Position numbers and translations under genes: made by a program. DNA of 64,000 bases from Betaproteobacteria bacterium Ga0077523 (GTDB taxonomy: Bacteria > Pseudomonadota > Gammaproteobacteria > Burkholderiales > Ga0077523). This document shows, in pieces, positions 52,990 through 61,834 of this stretch (position 1 is its first letter; each line of letters begins with the position of its first letter). The stretch covers positions 148,090 to 212,089 of the forward strand of contig LNDQ01000108.1 in assembly GCA_001464695.1 (NCBI GenBank), written 5' to 3'. Below the pieces are notes generated by a model. That model made no database searches, was not told the DNA's origin, and saw only the letters and a program-made list of their open reading frames with translations.

Positions 52990-53783
52990 TGAAAGCCTTC
53001 ATCGAAGGCATCGGCCTGCTCGGTCCGGGACTGCCCGGCTGGAGCACGAGCCGCTCCATCCTCGCTGGCGCGAAACCGCACACCGCGGAACCCATGACGA
53101 TCCCGACGAGCGACTGGCTCCCGCCTGCCGAACGACGCCGCACCGGCGTCAGCGTGCGCCTGGCACTCGCCACGGGCCGTGAAGCATGCGAACACGCCCA
53201 GCGCGACCCGCGCAGTCTCGCCACCGTCTTCACCTCCTCCGGCGGTGATGGTGACAACCAGCACGTCATCTGCGAGTCGCTCGCGACGGCAGCGCGGGAG
53301 GTGTCGCCCACGAGGTTCCACAACTCGGTGCACAACGCCCCCGCCGGCTACTGGGGCGTGGCGACCGGCGCGATGGCGAGCTCGACATCGCTGTGCGCCT
53401 TCGACTGGAGTTTCGGCGCCGGGCTCATCGAGGCGTTGACGTGGATTGCCTGCGAGCGGCAACCGATGCTGCTCATGGCCTACGACGCCCCGTACCCCGA
53501 GCCGATGCGGGCCGTGCGGGCGATCTCGTTCCCGTTCGGCATGGCGCTGATGCTCGCGCCGGAGCGCAGCGCTCGCACCATCACGCAACTCGCGGTCGAC
53601 CTGGAGCCCTCGTCGCGCACGACCGCGGCCGGACTTCCCGAGGGTCTGAAGCAGCTCCACGACGCGATCCCGGCGGCCCGCAGCCTGCCGTTGCTGTGTG
53701 CGCTGGCGCGCGAGCAGCGCGCCGAAGTGCCCGTCGACTACCTCGACGGCCGCCAGCTCCGCGCCACCGTCACACCGCCATGA
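52986..53783 (+). CDS. KS-related chain-length-factor-like protein (no active-site Cys)
   Basis: ATGA overlap with the KS gene. KS-fold remnants (FHNSVHNAPAGYW) but no CxSS catalytic motif. This resembles the small KS partner of aryl-polyene clusters. Confidence 0.7.
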   Translation: MMKAFIEGIGLLGPGLPGWSTSRSILAGAKPHTAEPMTIPTSDWLPPAERRRTGVSVRLALATGREACEHAQRDPRSLATVFTSSGGDGDNQHVICESLATAAREVSPTRFHNSVHNAPAGYWGVATGAMASSTSLCAFDWSFGAGLIEALTWIACERQPMLLMAYDAPYPEPMRAVRAISFPFGMALMLAPERSARTITQLAVDLEPSSRTTAAGLPEGLKQLHDAIPAARSLPLLCALAREQRAEVPVDYLDGRQLRATVTPP

Positions 53784-53835
53784 AGCGCGGCCATCGGCAC
53801 GGGCCGTGCAGCCCGTGCTCGATGACCGCCCTGAC

Positions 53836-55170
53836 CTACTTCACGATCGCCTGATACACGGCGGCGTGCACTTTCTCCTCGATGTCCGGCAGGCGCGGAA
53901 TGCGCTGGCTCATGAACACGATGGCGAGGTCTTCCTTCGGGTCCATCCAGTAGCGCGTGTTGTAGATGCCGGCCCACATGAATTCGCCGACGGAACCGAG
54001 TTCGGTCAATCCGCGCTCGGAGCGGATGCCGAACCCGAGGCCGAACTTGTCGCCGAGGTTGCCGGTGGCGGCAGGATCGAGGCGATCCCAAAGGCTGATG
54101 GACCCGATGGCGTTGGTGCGCATCAGCTCCACCGATTTCGGGCCGAGCACCCGATTGCCGTCCAGCGTGCCGCCGTTCAGCAGCATCTGCATGAAACGCA
54201 GGTAGTCCATGGCGGTGGACGTTAGCCCGGCGCCGCCGGAGAAGTAGGTGCGCTGCTCCTGATACGGCAGGTTCGCGGCGAACATCAGCGTGCCCCAGCG
54301 GATCGGCTCGTCGCTCGCCCGCATCATCGCGCCCTTGCCGTCGGGGATGTACAGGCTCGCCACGCGGCTGCGCTGCGCGGGCGAGATGTAGAACTGCGTA
54401 TCCTTCATGCCGAGCGGCGTGAAGATGCGATCCTTCATGAAGCGGTCGAGCGGCATGCCCGACACCACTTCGACCAGGCAACCGAGCACGTCGGTGTTGA
54501 GGCCGTACTCGTACACCGACCCCGGCTGGTGCAGCAGCGGCAAGCGCGCCAGCTTGCGCACCGCGTCGCACACCTCACCACCGTTCGGCGACAGTCCATC
54601 GGGGACACCGCCCTCTTCATACACGGCTGCCGCGGGATTCCCCCAGAACCGGTACGTGATGCCTGACGTGTGGGCGAGCAGATCCCGGATGGTCACTTCG
54701 CGATTCGCCGGGACGGTGTCGTAACCTGCCTTCGCGTCCTTCGGCTCGCGCGGCACCATCACCTTCGGCTCCTTGAACTCGGGGATGTACTTCGACACCG
54801 GATCCTTCACCAGCAGCTTGCCGTCTTCCTGCAGCATCATCACTGCCACGCTGGTGATCGCCTTGGTCATGGAGGCGATGCGGAAGATGGCGTCGTCCTT
54901 CATCGGCGTGCCGGACTCGGCATCGGCCGAGCCGAAGCTCTTCAGATAGACGAGCTTGCCGTGCCGCGCAACGCCCACCACCGCGCCGGCGAGCTGCTTG
55001 TCGGCGATGTAGGGCTTCAGCGCGCCTTCGATCCGATCCAGTCGCTCCGCAGATAAGCCGGCATCACCCGGCGCTGCCTTGGCGAGGTCGGCCGCCACGG
55101 CGGGCGCCAACGAGAACTGCAGTGCGAGCCCGGCCGCAGCCAGGTGCAGGAACATCCGCTCCAGCGACAT
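53836..55170 (-). CDS. serine hydrolase (class C beta-lactamase/penicillin-binding family)
   Basis: Signal peptide, SMTK (SxxK) motif, YxN-like region, and a GGAGGA RBS. The 742-aa track ORF is an upstream extension through REPs. Confidence 0.85.
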   Translation of the reverse strand: MSLERMFLHLAAAGLALQFSLAPAVAADLAKAAPGDAGLSAERLDRIEGALKPYIADKQLAGAVVGVARHGKLVYLKSFGSADAESGTPMKDDAIFRIASMTKAITSVAVMMLQEDGKLLVKDPVSKYIPEFKEPKVMVPREPKDAKAGYDTVPANREVTIRDLLAHTSGITYRFWGNPAAAVYEEGGVPDGLSPNGGEVCDAVRKLARLPLLHQPGSVYEYGLNTDVLGCLVEVVSGMPLDRFMKDRIFTPLGMKDTQFYISPAQRSRVASLYIPDGKGAMMRASDEPIRWGTLMFAANLPYQEQRTYFSGGAGLTSTAMDYLRFMQMLLNGGTLDGNRVLGPKSVELMRTNAIGSISLWDRLDPAATGNLGDKFGLGFGIRSERGLTELGSVGEFMWAGIYNTRYWMDPKEDLAIVFMSQRIPRLPDIEEKVHAAVYQAIVK

Positions 55171-55293
55171 GGTGATTCCTCCGTTGTGGTTGCCGGCAGT
55201 GTCGACGCCTGCCTGCGGGCAGTCTACTCTCGACCCGAGCGACCGAGAGTAGACTGCCGGCTCCGCCGAACACCGACCGCCCGACCTCGCAAC

Positions 55294-55563
55294 GTGCCCA
55301 AGGTGATCTTCGCTTCTCACGTGCAACGTCACGTCGCCGCGCCGGACAGCGTGGTGGATGGCAGCACCGTGCGCGCCGCCCTCGACGCCGTCTTCGTCGA
55401 CAACCGCCCTCTGCGCGGCTACGTGCTGGACGACCAGGGTCATCTGCGCAAGCACGTGGTGATCTTCGTGGACGGCGCACGTGTGGTCGATCGCGAAGGG
55501 CTTTCGGAAGGCGTGCGGCCAGACAGTGAAATCTATGTGCTGCAAGCCCTGAGCGGCGGCTGA
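55294..55563 (+). CDS. MoaD/ThiS-family ubiquitin-like beta-grasp protein ending in Gly-Gly
   Basis: 89 aa from the GTG at 55294. The C-terminus reads ...IYVLQALSGG-stop. Confidence 0.65.
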   Translation: MPKVIFASHVQRHVAAPDSVVDGSTVRAALDAVFVDNRPLRGYVLDDQGHLRKHVVIFVDGARVVDREGLSEGVRPDSEIYVLQALSGG

Positions 55564-55565
55564 TC

Positions 55566-55710
55566 TTCTCCCTTCTCCCTCCGGGAGAAGGGTCGGGGAT
55601 GAGGGGGACCACCCAGACACCTCGCAGAGGTCGGCGCAGCCGGCCTCTCCCCGCGGGAGAGGGAGGTACACTCCCTTCTCCCTTCGGGAGAAGGGTTGGG
55701 GATGAGGGAA
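55566..55710. repeat. REP elements of the 'CTCCCTTCTCCC-loop-GGGAGAAGGG..GGGGATGAGGG' family (3 hairpin units)
   Basis: TTCTCCCTTCTCCCTCCGGGAGAAGGGTCGGGGATGAGGGGG, CCTCTCCCCGCGGGAGAGGGAGG and CTCCCTTCTCCCTTCGGGAGAAGGGTTGGGGATGAGGG. Confidence 0.85.
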
Positions 55711-55749
55711 AGTACTTGCGCAAGCAAAGCGAAGAGAAAGGATCCATCG

Positions 55750-56838
55750 ATGACCACCCGCCTCCGCGTCGCCACCCGCAAGGGCCTCTTCACGTTCACA
55801 CGCGAGAGCACCCAATGGCGCATCGGCGAGCCCGCCTTCCTCGGCGACCCGGTCTCGATGATGCTTGACGACCCACGCGACGGCACGGTCTACGCCGCGC
55901 TGAATCTGGGCCACTTCGGCGTCAAGCTGCGGCGCTCGCGCGACGACGGCAAAACCTGGGAAGAGCTCGAGGCTCCGACCTATCCGCCTCAACCCGAAGC
56001 GGCCGAGGGTCCACCATGGAAGCTCGTGCAGATATGGGCTCTCGAAACCGGCACCAAGGACCAACCCGGCGTGCTATGGGCCGGCACCATTCCGGGCGGC
56101 CTGTTCCGCTCCGGTGACCACGGCACCACCTGGCAACTCGTGCGCTCGCTCTGGGACAAGCCGGAGCGGGTGGGGTGGTTCGGCGGCGGCTATGACGCAC
56201 CCGGCATCCACTCCATCGTCGTCGACCCGCGCAACGGCAAGCGCGTGGCCGTCGGCATCTCCTGTGGAGGGGTCTGGCAGACGGAAGACAGCGGAACGAC
56301 GTGGCGCAATATCGCCCAAGGCATGCGCGCCGGCTTCATGCCGCCGGATCAAGCCGGCGACCCGAACATCCAGGACCCGCATCGCGTGGTCGCCAGCCCG
56401 AAGGACCCGGATACGCTGTGGACGCAGCATCACAGCGGAATCTTCCGCCGCCCGGCGAAAGCCGATCGGTGGAGCGAAATCACCACGTCCCCCGTCTCGA
56501 GCTTCGGCTTCGCCGTGGCGACCCACCCGACCGATCCGAACACTGCCTGGTTCGTGCCCGCCATGAGCGACGAGAAGCGCGTGCCGGTGGACGGACGCAT
56601 GGTCGTGAACCGCACCCGCGACGGCGGCAAGTCGTTCGAGACGTTGACCCAAGGCTTGCCGCAGACGGCGTGCTATGACCTCGTGTATCGGCACGGGCTG
56701 GATGTCGATTCGACGGGGCGGTGGTTGGCGGTCGGGTCGACGTCGGGCGGGCTCTGGATTTCGGCCGATCAGGGGGATACCTGGGATACCGTTGCGGGGA
56801 ACCTGCCGCCGATTTATGCGATAAGGTTTGTGGGGTAA
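55750..56838 (+). CDS. BNR/Asp-box repeat beta-propeller protein (sialidase-fold, Ycf48-like)
   Basis: Five Asp-box motifs: SRDDGKTW, SGDHGTTW, TEDSGTTW, TRDGGKSF and SADQGDTW. Confidence 0.8.
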   Translation: MTTRLRVATRKGLFTFTRESTQWRIGEPAFLGDPVSMMLDDPRDGTVYAALNLGHFGVKLRRSRDDGKTWEELEAPTYPPQPEAAEGPPWKLVQIWALETGTKDQPGVLWAGTIPGGLFRSGDHGTTWQLVRSLWDKPERVGWFGGGYDAPGIHSIVVDPRNGKRVAVGISCGGVWQTEDSGTTWRNIAQGMRAGFMPPDQAGDPNIQDPHRVVASPKDPDTLWTQHHSGIFRRPAKADRWSEITTSPVSSFGFAVATHPTDPNTAWFVPAMSDEKRVPVDGRMVVNRTRDGGKSFETLTQGLPQTACYDLVYRHGLDVDSTGRWLAVGSTSGGLWISADQGDTWDTVAGNLPPIYAIRFVG

Positions 56839-57141
56839 CCGCGGTTTGGCAACAGGCTGATGCGCCGATGAAGCTCTTGCCACTTGGAATTGGGATCTAC
56901 CAAACGGCACCAACCCGTCGACTACGTTGCGGCGCAATGCAATTCCCCAATTTGGATTTGGGTCACCAGTTCACGGTATCCCGAAGGTCGGCGGAGGATC
57001 ACTGGCGCTCTGAGATCCATGACGCAGGACTGGCGAGGTGACCGGGAACGCGGTAACGTTTATTGGCGGGTAGCGGGCCGTTCCGCAGCCGCCCGCGCGT
57101 TATCCTGAACAACACCCCAATCAACAAATACGGGAGGAGTC

Positions 57142-57627
57142 ATGAAGAGACTAGGTATGATCGGGCTAGGCTGTACCGTCTTTGTGGCTGTACCAAGCTT
57201 CGCCCAAACGCCACCCCAACTGGACGACTTTAGGTGGCAGGTCGGGTCATACAAATGCACCGGGAACACAGCCGGAGAAGGCGCTCATCCTTTCACGGCA
57301 ACGTACAGCCTGACCCGGGACCTCGACGGCGGAGTTTATGTCGAGCGTTACGTCGAAGCGAAAACCGCTCAGCACCAGCAACCATTCTCGATCATTCATC
57401 TCTATACCTACGACACCAAGAACCAGCGGTACGTACGAAACGGCGTTGACGGAAACGGGGGGCGGCACGAGCATACCTCGACTGGCTGGACTGACGGGGT
57501 GTGGACGTGGGATGCAGGTGGGTTCCGGATTCCGATCACGCGCGGTGAGAATCAGTTCAGCTTCAAGGCCGAGCTGATGAAAGATGGTAACTGGGTGCTC
57601 CTAGCAAGCGGCGTTTGCAAAAAGTAG
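57142..57627 (+). CDS. secreted hypothetical protein
   Basis: GGGAGGAG RBS and signal peptide MKRLGMIGLGCTVFVAVPSFAQ. G+C is lower than in the flanks. Confidence 0.6.
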   Translation: MKRLGMIGLGCTVFVAVPSFAQTPPQLDDFRWQVGSYKCTGNTAGEGAHPFTATYSLTRDLDGGVYVERYVEAKTAQHQQPFSIIHLYTYDTKNQRYVRNGVDGNGGRHEHTSTGWTDGVWTWDAGGFRIPITRGENQFSFKAELMKDGNWVLLASGVCKK

Positions 57628-57815
57628 CCGATAGCGCGAAAGGGGGGTACGCTCAAGCGCCCCCCCCAATTGACACCGAGCCATGACGCCGAACATCGCG
57701 TTGCAAGGGGAAGCGAACAGCGGCAGGCCTTGCATCGTGCACGCATGAGCCGGCCGATCGCGCCACTCATCAACCCGAAGATGTACGCACACCATCGTCA
57801 CGTCGACGCGAACGC

Positions 57816-58292
57816 TTGCCTGACATGGACGTGCAAGACTACGTAAAGCGGCTGTACCAGGCCTTCGCCGATGCGCCTCGACCGGAGAGGGATGAGATCG
57901 CGCCGCATCGCTGCAGCGAGTGCGACGAAGTGGAGGTGCGTTTGTCACCGCATCTCGCGCGCGACGTACCGCCAGATGACATGAATTGGCTCTGGGACAC
58001 TTTGCCGCTGCTGAGCCCCAAGGCATTTCGCTACTACTTGCCACGGTTCATCGAGTGCTGCGTAGTGACGCCAGAATGCAGCGTTGAGGCCATGATCAAC
58101 TGCAACCTGGCGCCCGCCGGCGAACTGGATGTGGGCGCGAGAAATCGCTTTGCTCAGTTCAACGACGCGGAACGCAGAGCCCTGCTCGAATTCGTGGACT
58201 ATCGGATTGCTTCGGCAGACACCGAAATTGATCGGGCGCAATTGGAGGATGCTCGCCTGTTCTGGAGCGCGAGCGTTGTGAGCGATAGGTAA
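57816..58292 (+). CDS. hypothetical cytoplasmic protein
   Basis: A 158-aa ORF in the low-G+C islet with no recognised motif beyond HRCSECDE. An alternative start lies at 57825. Confidence 0.45.
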   Translation: MPDMDVQDYVKRLYQAFADAPRPERDEIAPHRCSECDEVEVRLSPHLARDVPPDDMNWLWDTLPLLSPKAFRYYLPRFIECCVVTPECSVEAMINCNLAPAGELDVGARNRFAQFNDAERRALLEFVDYRIASADTEIDRAQLEDARLFWSASVVSDR

Positions 58293-58410
58293 GGCAAATG
58301 GTCGGCGGCAGAATGGTCGACGGGTCGACGGGGTCAGGGTCGCCGGGGTAAGGTCTTGCATCTTGCACACATAGGGGTGGTGGTCCGGACGCGCTCCAAA
58401 TCCGAGAACG

Positions 58411-59070
58411 ATGACCCACCACAACTCCGTACGAGATCTCGGCCTCTGGGCCGCAACCCTCTGCACCGTCTTCAGCGTCGCCTACGTCATCGCCCAGCTT
58501 GGCGAGTGGGCCGGTCTCCTCGGGTCGGCCGGAGGACCCCACAGCCGAAGCACGCCCCTGGGCCTGGCGTTGCTCCTCACGCCCTCGCTGCTCCTGGGTA
58601 TCGCGTTCGTCGCTCTGACGGTAGCCATCCACCACCAGGCAAGGTCTTCAGCGCGAGTGTGGACCCATCTCGCCGTGGCATGCGCGACGATGTACGCCAC
58701 GTTGATCGGCATCGTCTACTACGTGCAACTCGCTTTCGTGCTGCCGCGCATCGCACGCGGCAACGTCGATGACATCCAACTCCTCATCTTCAAGCCGTTC
58801 GACTCTTTCCTGTACGCCGTGGACATGCTGGGCTACAGCCTGATGAGTCTGTCGACGTTGTTCGCCGCCGCGGCATTCCGGGAGCCGGGCCTCGAGCGCT
58901 GGATACGCCGGGCTCTCATCGTGAACGGCTGCCTCATTCCGTTCCTGGCGCTGCAGATGTACTTTCCCCGGCTCATCTGGGGCGGCAGTCTCTGGGCCAT
59001 CACGTTTCCGACGGCGACGTGGCTGCTGGCGACGCACTTCAAGCGGCTGCCGGTGCATTCGGACGACTGA
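58411..59070 (+). CDS. hypothetical integral membrane protein
   Basis: 219 aa with about 6 TM helices. Confidence 0.5.
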   Translation: MTHHNSVRDLGLWAATLCTVFSVAYVIAQLGEWAGLLGSAGGPHSRSTPLGLALLLTPSLLLGIAFVALTVAIHHQARSSARVWTHLAVACATMYATLIGIVYYVQLAFVLPRIARGNVDDIQLLIFKPFDSFLYAVDMLGYSLMSLSTLFAAAAFREPGLERWIRRALIVNGCLIPFLALQMYFPRLIWGGSLWAITFPTATWLLATHFKRLPVHSDD

Positions 59071-59224
59071 CTCCGACCACGAATGTGGTTGCCACCCGCA
59101 CCTTCGTGCTGATGCACAATACGGTCGGCATGTCATGGGGATATCCGATGCCGGCGCCGGGGTGGCGTCGCATTGACCTGATTACTCCATGGTCCCATGC
59201 CGTCGACTGTCATGAGGGGGATAC

Positions 59225-59911
59225 ATGAAACAATATGGCGCGGAGTTTCTCGGAACGTTCTGGCTGATCCTGGGCGGATGCGGCAGCGCCGTGCTCGCTG
59301 CGACTTTTCCGGATGTCGGCATCGGGCTCACGGGCGTTTCGCTGGCCTTCGGCCTGACCGTTCTCACCATGGCGTTTGCGATCGGGCATATCTCCGGCTG
59401 CCATCTGAACCCGGCAGTCTCCATCGGCCTCTGGGCCAGCGGTCGCTTCCCGGCCGGCAAGCTCGGCCCCTACATCGTCGCTCAGGTGCTCGGTGGGGTG
59501 GTGGCCGGCGGCGTGCTGTTCTTCATCGCCGGCGGCGCCCCGGGGTTCGATGTGTCGCAGGGGTTCGCGGCGAACGGTTACGACGCCCACTCACCCGGCG
59601 GCTACTCGCTGTTTTCAGCGCTGCTCTGCGAGATCGTGATGACCATGTTCTTCCTGATCGTCATCCTCGGCGCCACCGACAAGCGCGCCCCCGCAGGCTT
59701 CGCTCCCATCGCGATCGGCCTGGCGCTGACTCTCATTCACCTCATCAGCATTCCGGTGACCAACACGTCGGTCAACCCGGCCCGCAGCACGGGGGTTGCC
59801 GTCTTCGTCGGCGATTGGGCCTTGGCTCAGCTCTGGCTCTTCTGGGTCGCACCGATCATCGGCGCGTTGCTGGGGGCCGCCGCCTATCGATCCATCGGCA
59901 AGGAAGGCTGA
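59225..59911 (+). CDS. aqpZ: aquaporin Z
   Basis: Two NPA boxes (HLNPAVS, SVNPARS) and high similarity to the AqpZ N-terminus [26 protein letters not shown]. Confidence 0.95.
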   Translation: MKQYGAEFLGTFWLILGGCGSAVLAATFPDVGIGLTGVSLAFGLTVLTMAFAIGHISGCHLNPAVSIGLWASGRFPAGKLGPYIVAQVLGGVVAGGVLFFIAGGAPGFDVSQGFAANGYDAHSPGGYSLFSALLCEIVMTMFFLIVILGATDKRAPAGFAPIAIGLALTLIHLISIPVTNTSVNPARSTGVAVFVGDWALAQLWLFWVAPIIGALLGAAAYRSIGKEG

Positions 59912-59954
59912 GGCACTCGACCCGTCGAGTTCGCAAACTTCTCAGGAGGTCGTA

Positions 59955-60380
59955 TTGAGCACAGTCCTGTGGGCCAACCTGCTGGTGGACGGCGTCGTTC
60001 AGTCGGATCAGGAGGATCGCTACGCCTTGTACAACCATGGCGACAAGCTCGACAGTCTCTGCAAGACCCTCGGGCTCCCCAGCTTCCTCGAGATCTGCGA
60101 CACCACCGACCTGCGCTTCAACAACGACGACGACCTGGAGCTTCCACCCGGCGTCGAGTCCACCAACGAAGTGATGGCGACCGAAGGGGCCTGGATCGCA
60201 GTCGAGGATGCGATGCGGATGCTCGAGGCCCTGCTCGCCCACATTCGCGCCAAGGGAACCCGCTTCGGTCTGCTGAACAATCAGCACACGGACGTGGTGA
60301 CCGAACTGTCCGAAGTCATCGCGTACCTGCAGGCCAACGCCACCACCGCGCAGAAGTTCAATTTCTGCGTTGTGATGTAA
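59955..60380 (+). CDS. hypothetical protein
   Basis: The TTG at 59955 lies a few nt downstream of GGAGG. 141 aa, acidic, with no recognised motif. Confidence 0.45.
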   Translation: MSTVLWANLLVDGVVQSDQEDRYALYNHGDKLDSLCKTLGLPSFLEICDTTDLRFNNDDDLELPPGVESTNEVMATEGAWIAVEDAMRMLEALLAHIRAKGTRFGLLNNQHTDVVTELSEVIAYLQANATTAQKFNFCVVM

Positions 60381-60389
60381 CCGATCGGA

Positions 60390-60998
60390 TCACTCGTCCT
60401 TCGGCCGCGCCGGATCGCCCTTGGGCAGATAGTCCTTGAAGATGTCGAAGGTCTTCCACACCGGCACCGGCGGGACCACCCCGGCCTCCGGCACGTAGGG
60501 CGAAGCCTCGACGATCTGCATCTTGTGGATGTAGCGCGGGCAGTTCGGAAAGATGTGATGCGCCCGCACCCGGACGATGGCCTGTGCCCCCGGGACCAAG
60601 GGCATGAGTGGGTCGTCCGTGCTGACGACGGCCGTGCCGTTCACCCGCAGCCGCCTGGGCTTCTCGAAGTCGATGAACAGGATGCCGACCTTCGGATTGG
60701 CGCGCACGTTGCCCAGGCTCTTGAACATGCCGTTGCCGTCGAAGCTCGGGAACGCGAGGGTCTCATCGTCGACCAGCCGGACGAACCCCGGCGCACCGCC
60801 CTTGTAGGAGCAATCCGGAAAGCCGTCGGCGTCCGCCGTCGCGAGGAAGAACAAGCTCCGTTGCTCAATGAACGCGCGGTCCTCGTCGGTGAAGCGCGTG
60901 CGGAACAGCTTCTCCACCAGGCGATCGGCCAGGCGCCGCGTATCGAACTCGTCCTGCAGTTCGCGGTTGCGGGCGTGGTACATGGGCGGGTCGGCCAT
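60390..60998 (-). CDS. pyridoxamine 5'-phosphate oxidase-family (FMN-binding split barrel) protein
   Basis: Start MADPPMYH preceded by GGAGGA. FFLATADADGFPDCSYKGG...NPKVGILFIDF resembles the PNPOx fold. Confidence 0.7.
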   Translation of the reverse strand: MADPPMYHARNRELQDEFDTRRLADRLVEKLFRTRFTDEDRAFIEQRSLFFLATADADGFPDCSYKGGAPGFVRLVDDETLAFPSFDGNGMFKSLGNVRANPKVGILFIDFEKPRRLRVNGTAVVSTDDPLMPLVPGAQAIVRVRAHHIFPNCPRYIHKMQIVEASPYVPEAGVVPPVPVWKTFDIFKDYLPKGDPARPKDE

Positions 60999-61075
60999 GG
61001 CGGATCCTCCAGGTAGTGAGGGCGTTGATGAACATGGTACGCCGCCCGCGGCAGCGTGCCGGAGGTGCAGGCGGT

Positions 61076-61834
61076 TCAGCGTGTCGCGAGCTTCCGCGCT
61101 GCAAGGACCGGCAGGCGCAGCAGGAATCCGCTGAGCAACCGCGTATGCATCCACGCCAGCAATGCGTTGTCGCGCACGTAGTTGAAGTGGGAAACTCCGC
61201 CTTCGTCCTTGCCGAGATACTTGACCGGTGCATCGATGTTCACCGCCGGCAGCCCGCGCCAGATCAACCGCACCGCGGCTTCCACGTCGAAATCGAAGCG
61301 CCGCATCCACACCGTGCGTGTCATGATGTCCGCGAGCGGGGCGATCGGGTACACGCGAAAGCCATAGAGCGAATCGTCGATGCCCATCCACAGCGTCTCG
61401 AGATTCGCCCACCAGTTGGAGACCCGCCGGCCGCGCACACGCAGTAGTGGTGCGCTGGCATCGAACACGGGGCGGCCGAGCACCAGGGCCTCGGGGCGGC
61501 GCTGCGATTCGCGCATGAACGCGTCGATCATCGCGGCCGGATGCTGCCCATCCGCATCCATGGTGAGCGCATGGGTGAAGCCGGCCTTGCGAGCCTCGAT
61601 CAGTCCATGCAGCACGGCCGCACCCTTGCCGCGATTCGTCGGCAACACGAACACACGCAGGTTCGGTTCGGTGTGCTCGAGTTCCTGCAGCAACTCGGCC
61701 GAGCCGTCGGTACTGCCGTCGACCACGACCCAGACCGGCGCCCAGTGCGCGAGCGCATCGCGCACCGTGCGCACGACGAGCGGCCCGGTGTCGAAGCTCG
61801 GAATCAGGACGAGATGGGTGGCCGACGGGGTCAT
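61076..61834 (-). CDS. family 2 glycosyltransferase
   Basis: LIPSFDTG...VVVDGSTDGS and TMDADGQH (DxD). The ATG at 61832-61834 forms an ATGA overlap with the P-type ATPase stop. An alternative start lies at 61852. Confidence 0.8.
   Translation of the reverse strand: MTPSATHLVLIPSFDTGPLVVRTVRDALAHWAPVWVVVDGSTDGSAELLQELEHTEPNLRVFVLPTNRGKGAAVLHGLIEARKAGFTHALTMDADGQHPAAMIDAFMRESQRRPEALVLGRPVFDASAPLLRVRGRRVSNWWANLETLWMGIDDSLYGFRVYPIAPLADIMTRTVWMRRFDFDVEAAVRLIWRGLPAVNIDAPVKYLGKDEGGVSHFNYVRDNALLAWMHTRLLSGFLLRLPVLAARKLATR

Noticed and set aside
56839-60385. Low-G+C islet as a prophage, integrative element or defence island.
   Set aside because: It has no integrase, recombinase, phage, toxin-antitoxin or nuclease/ATPase defence-type genes. 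It has no tRNA and no flanking direct repeats. It is retained only as a compositional anomaly.
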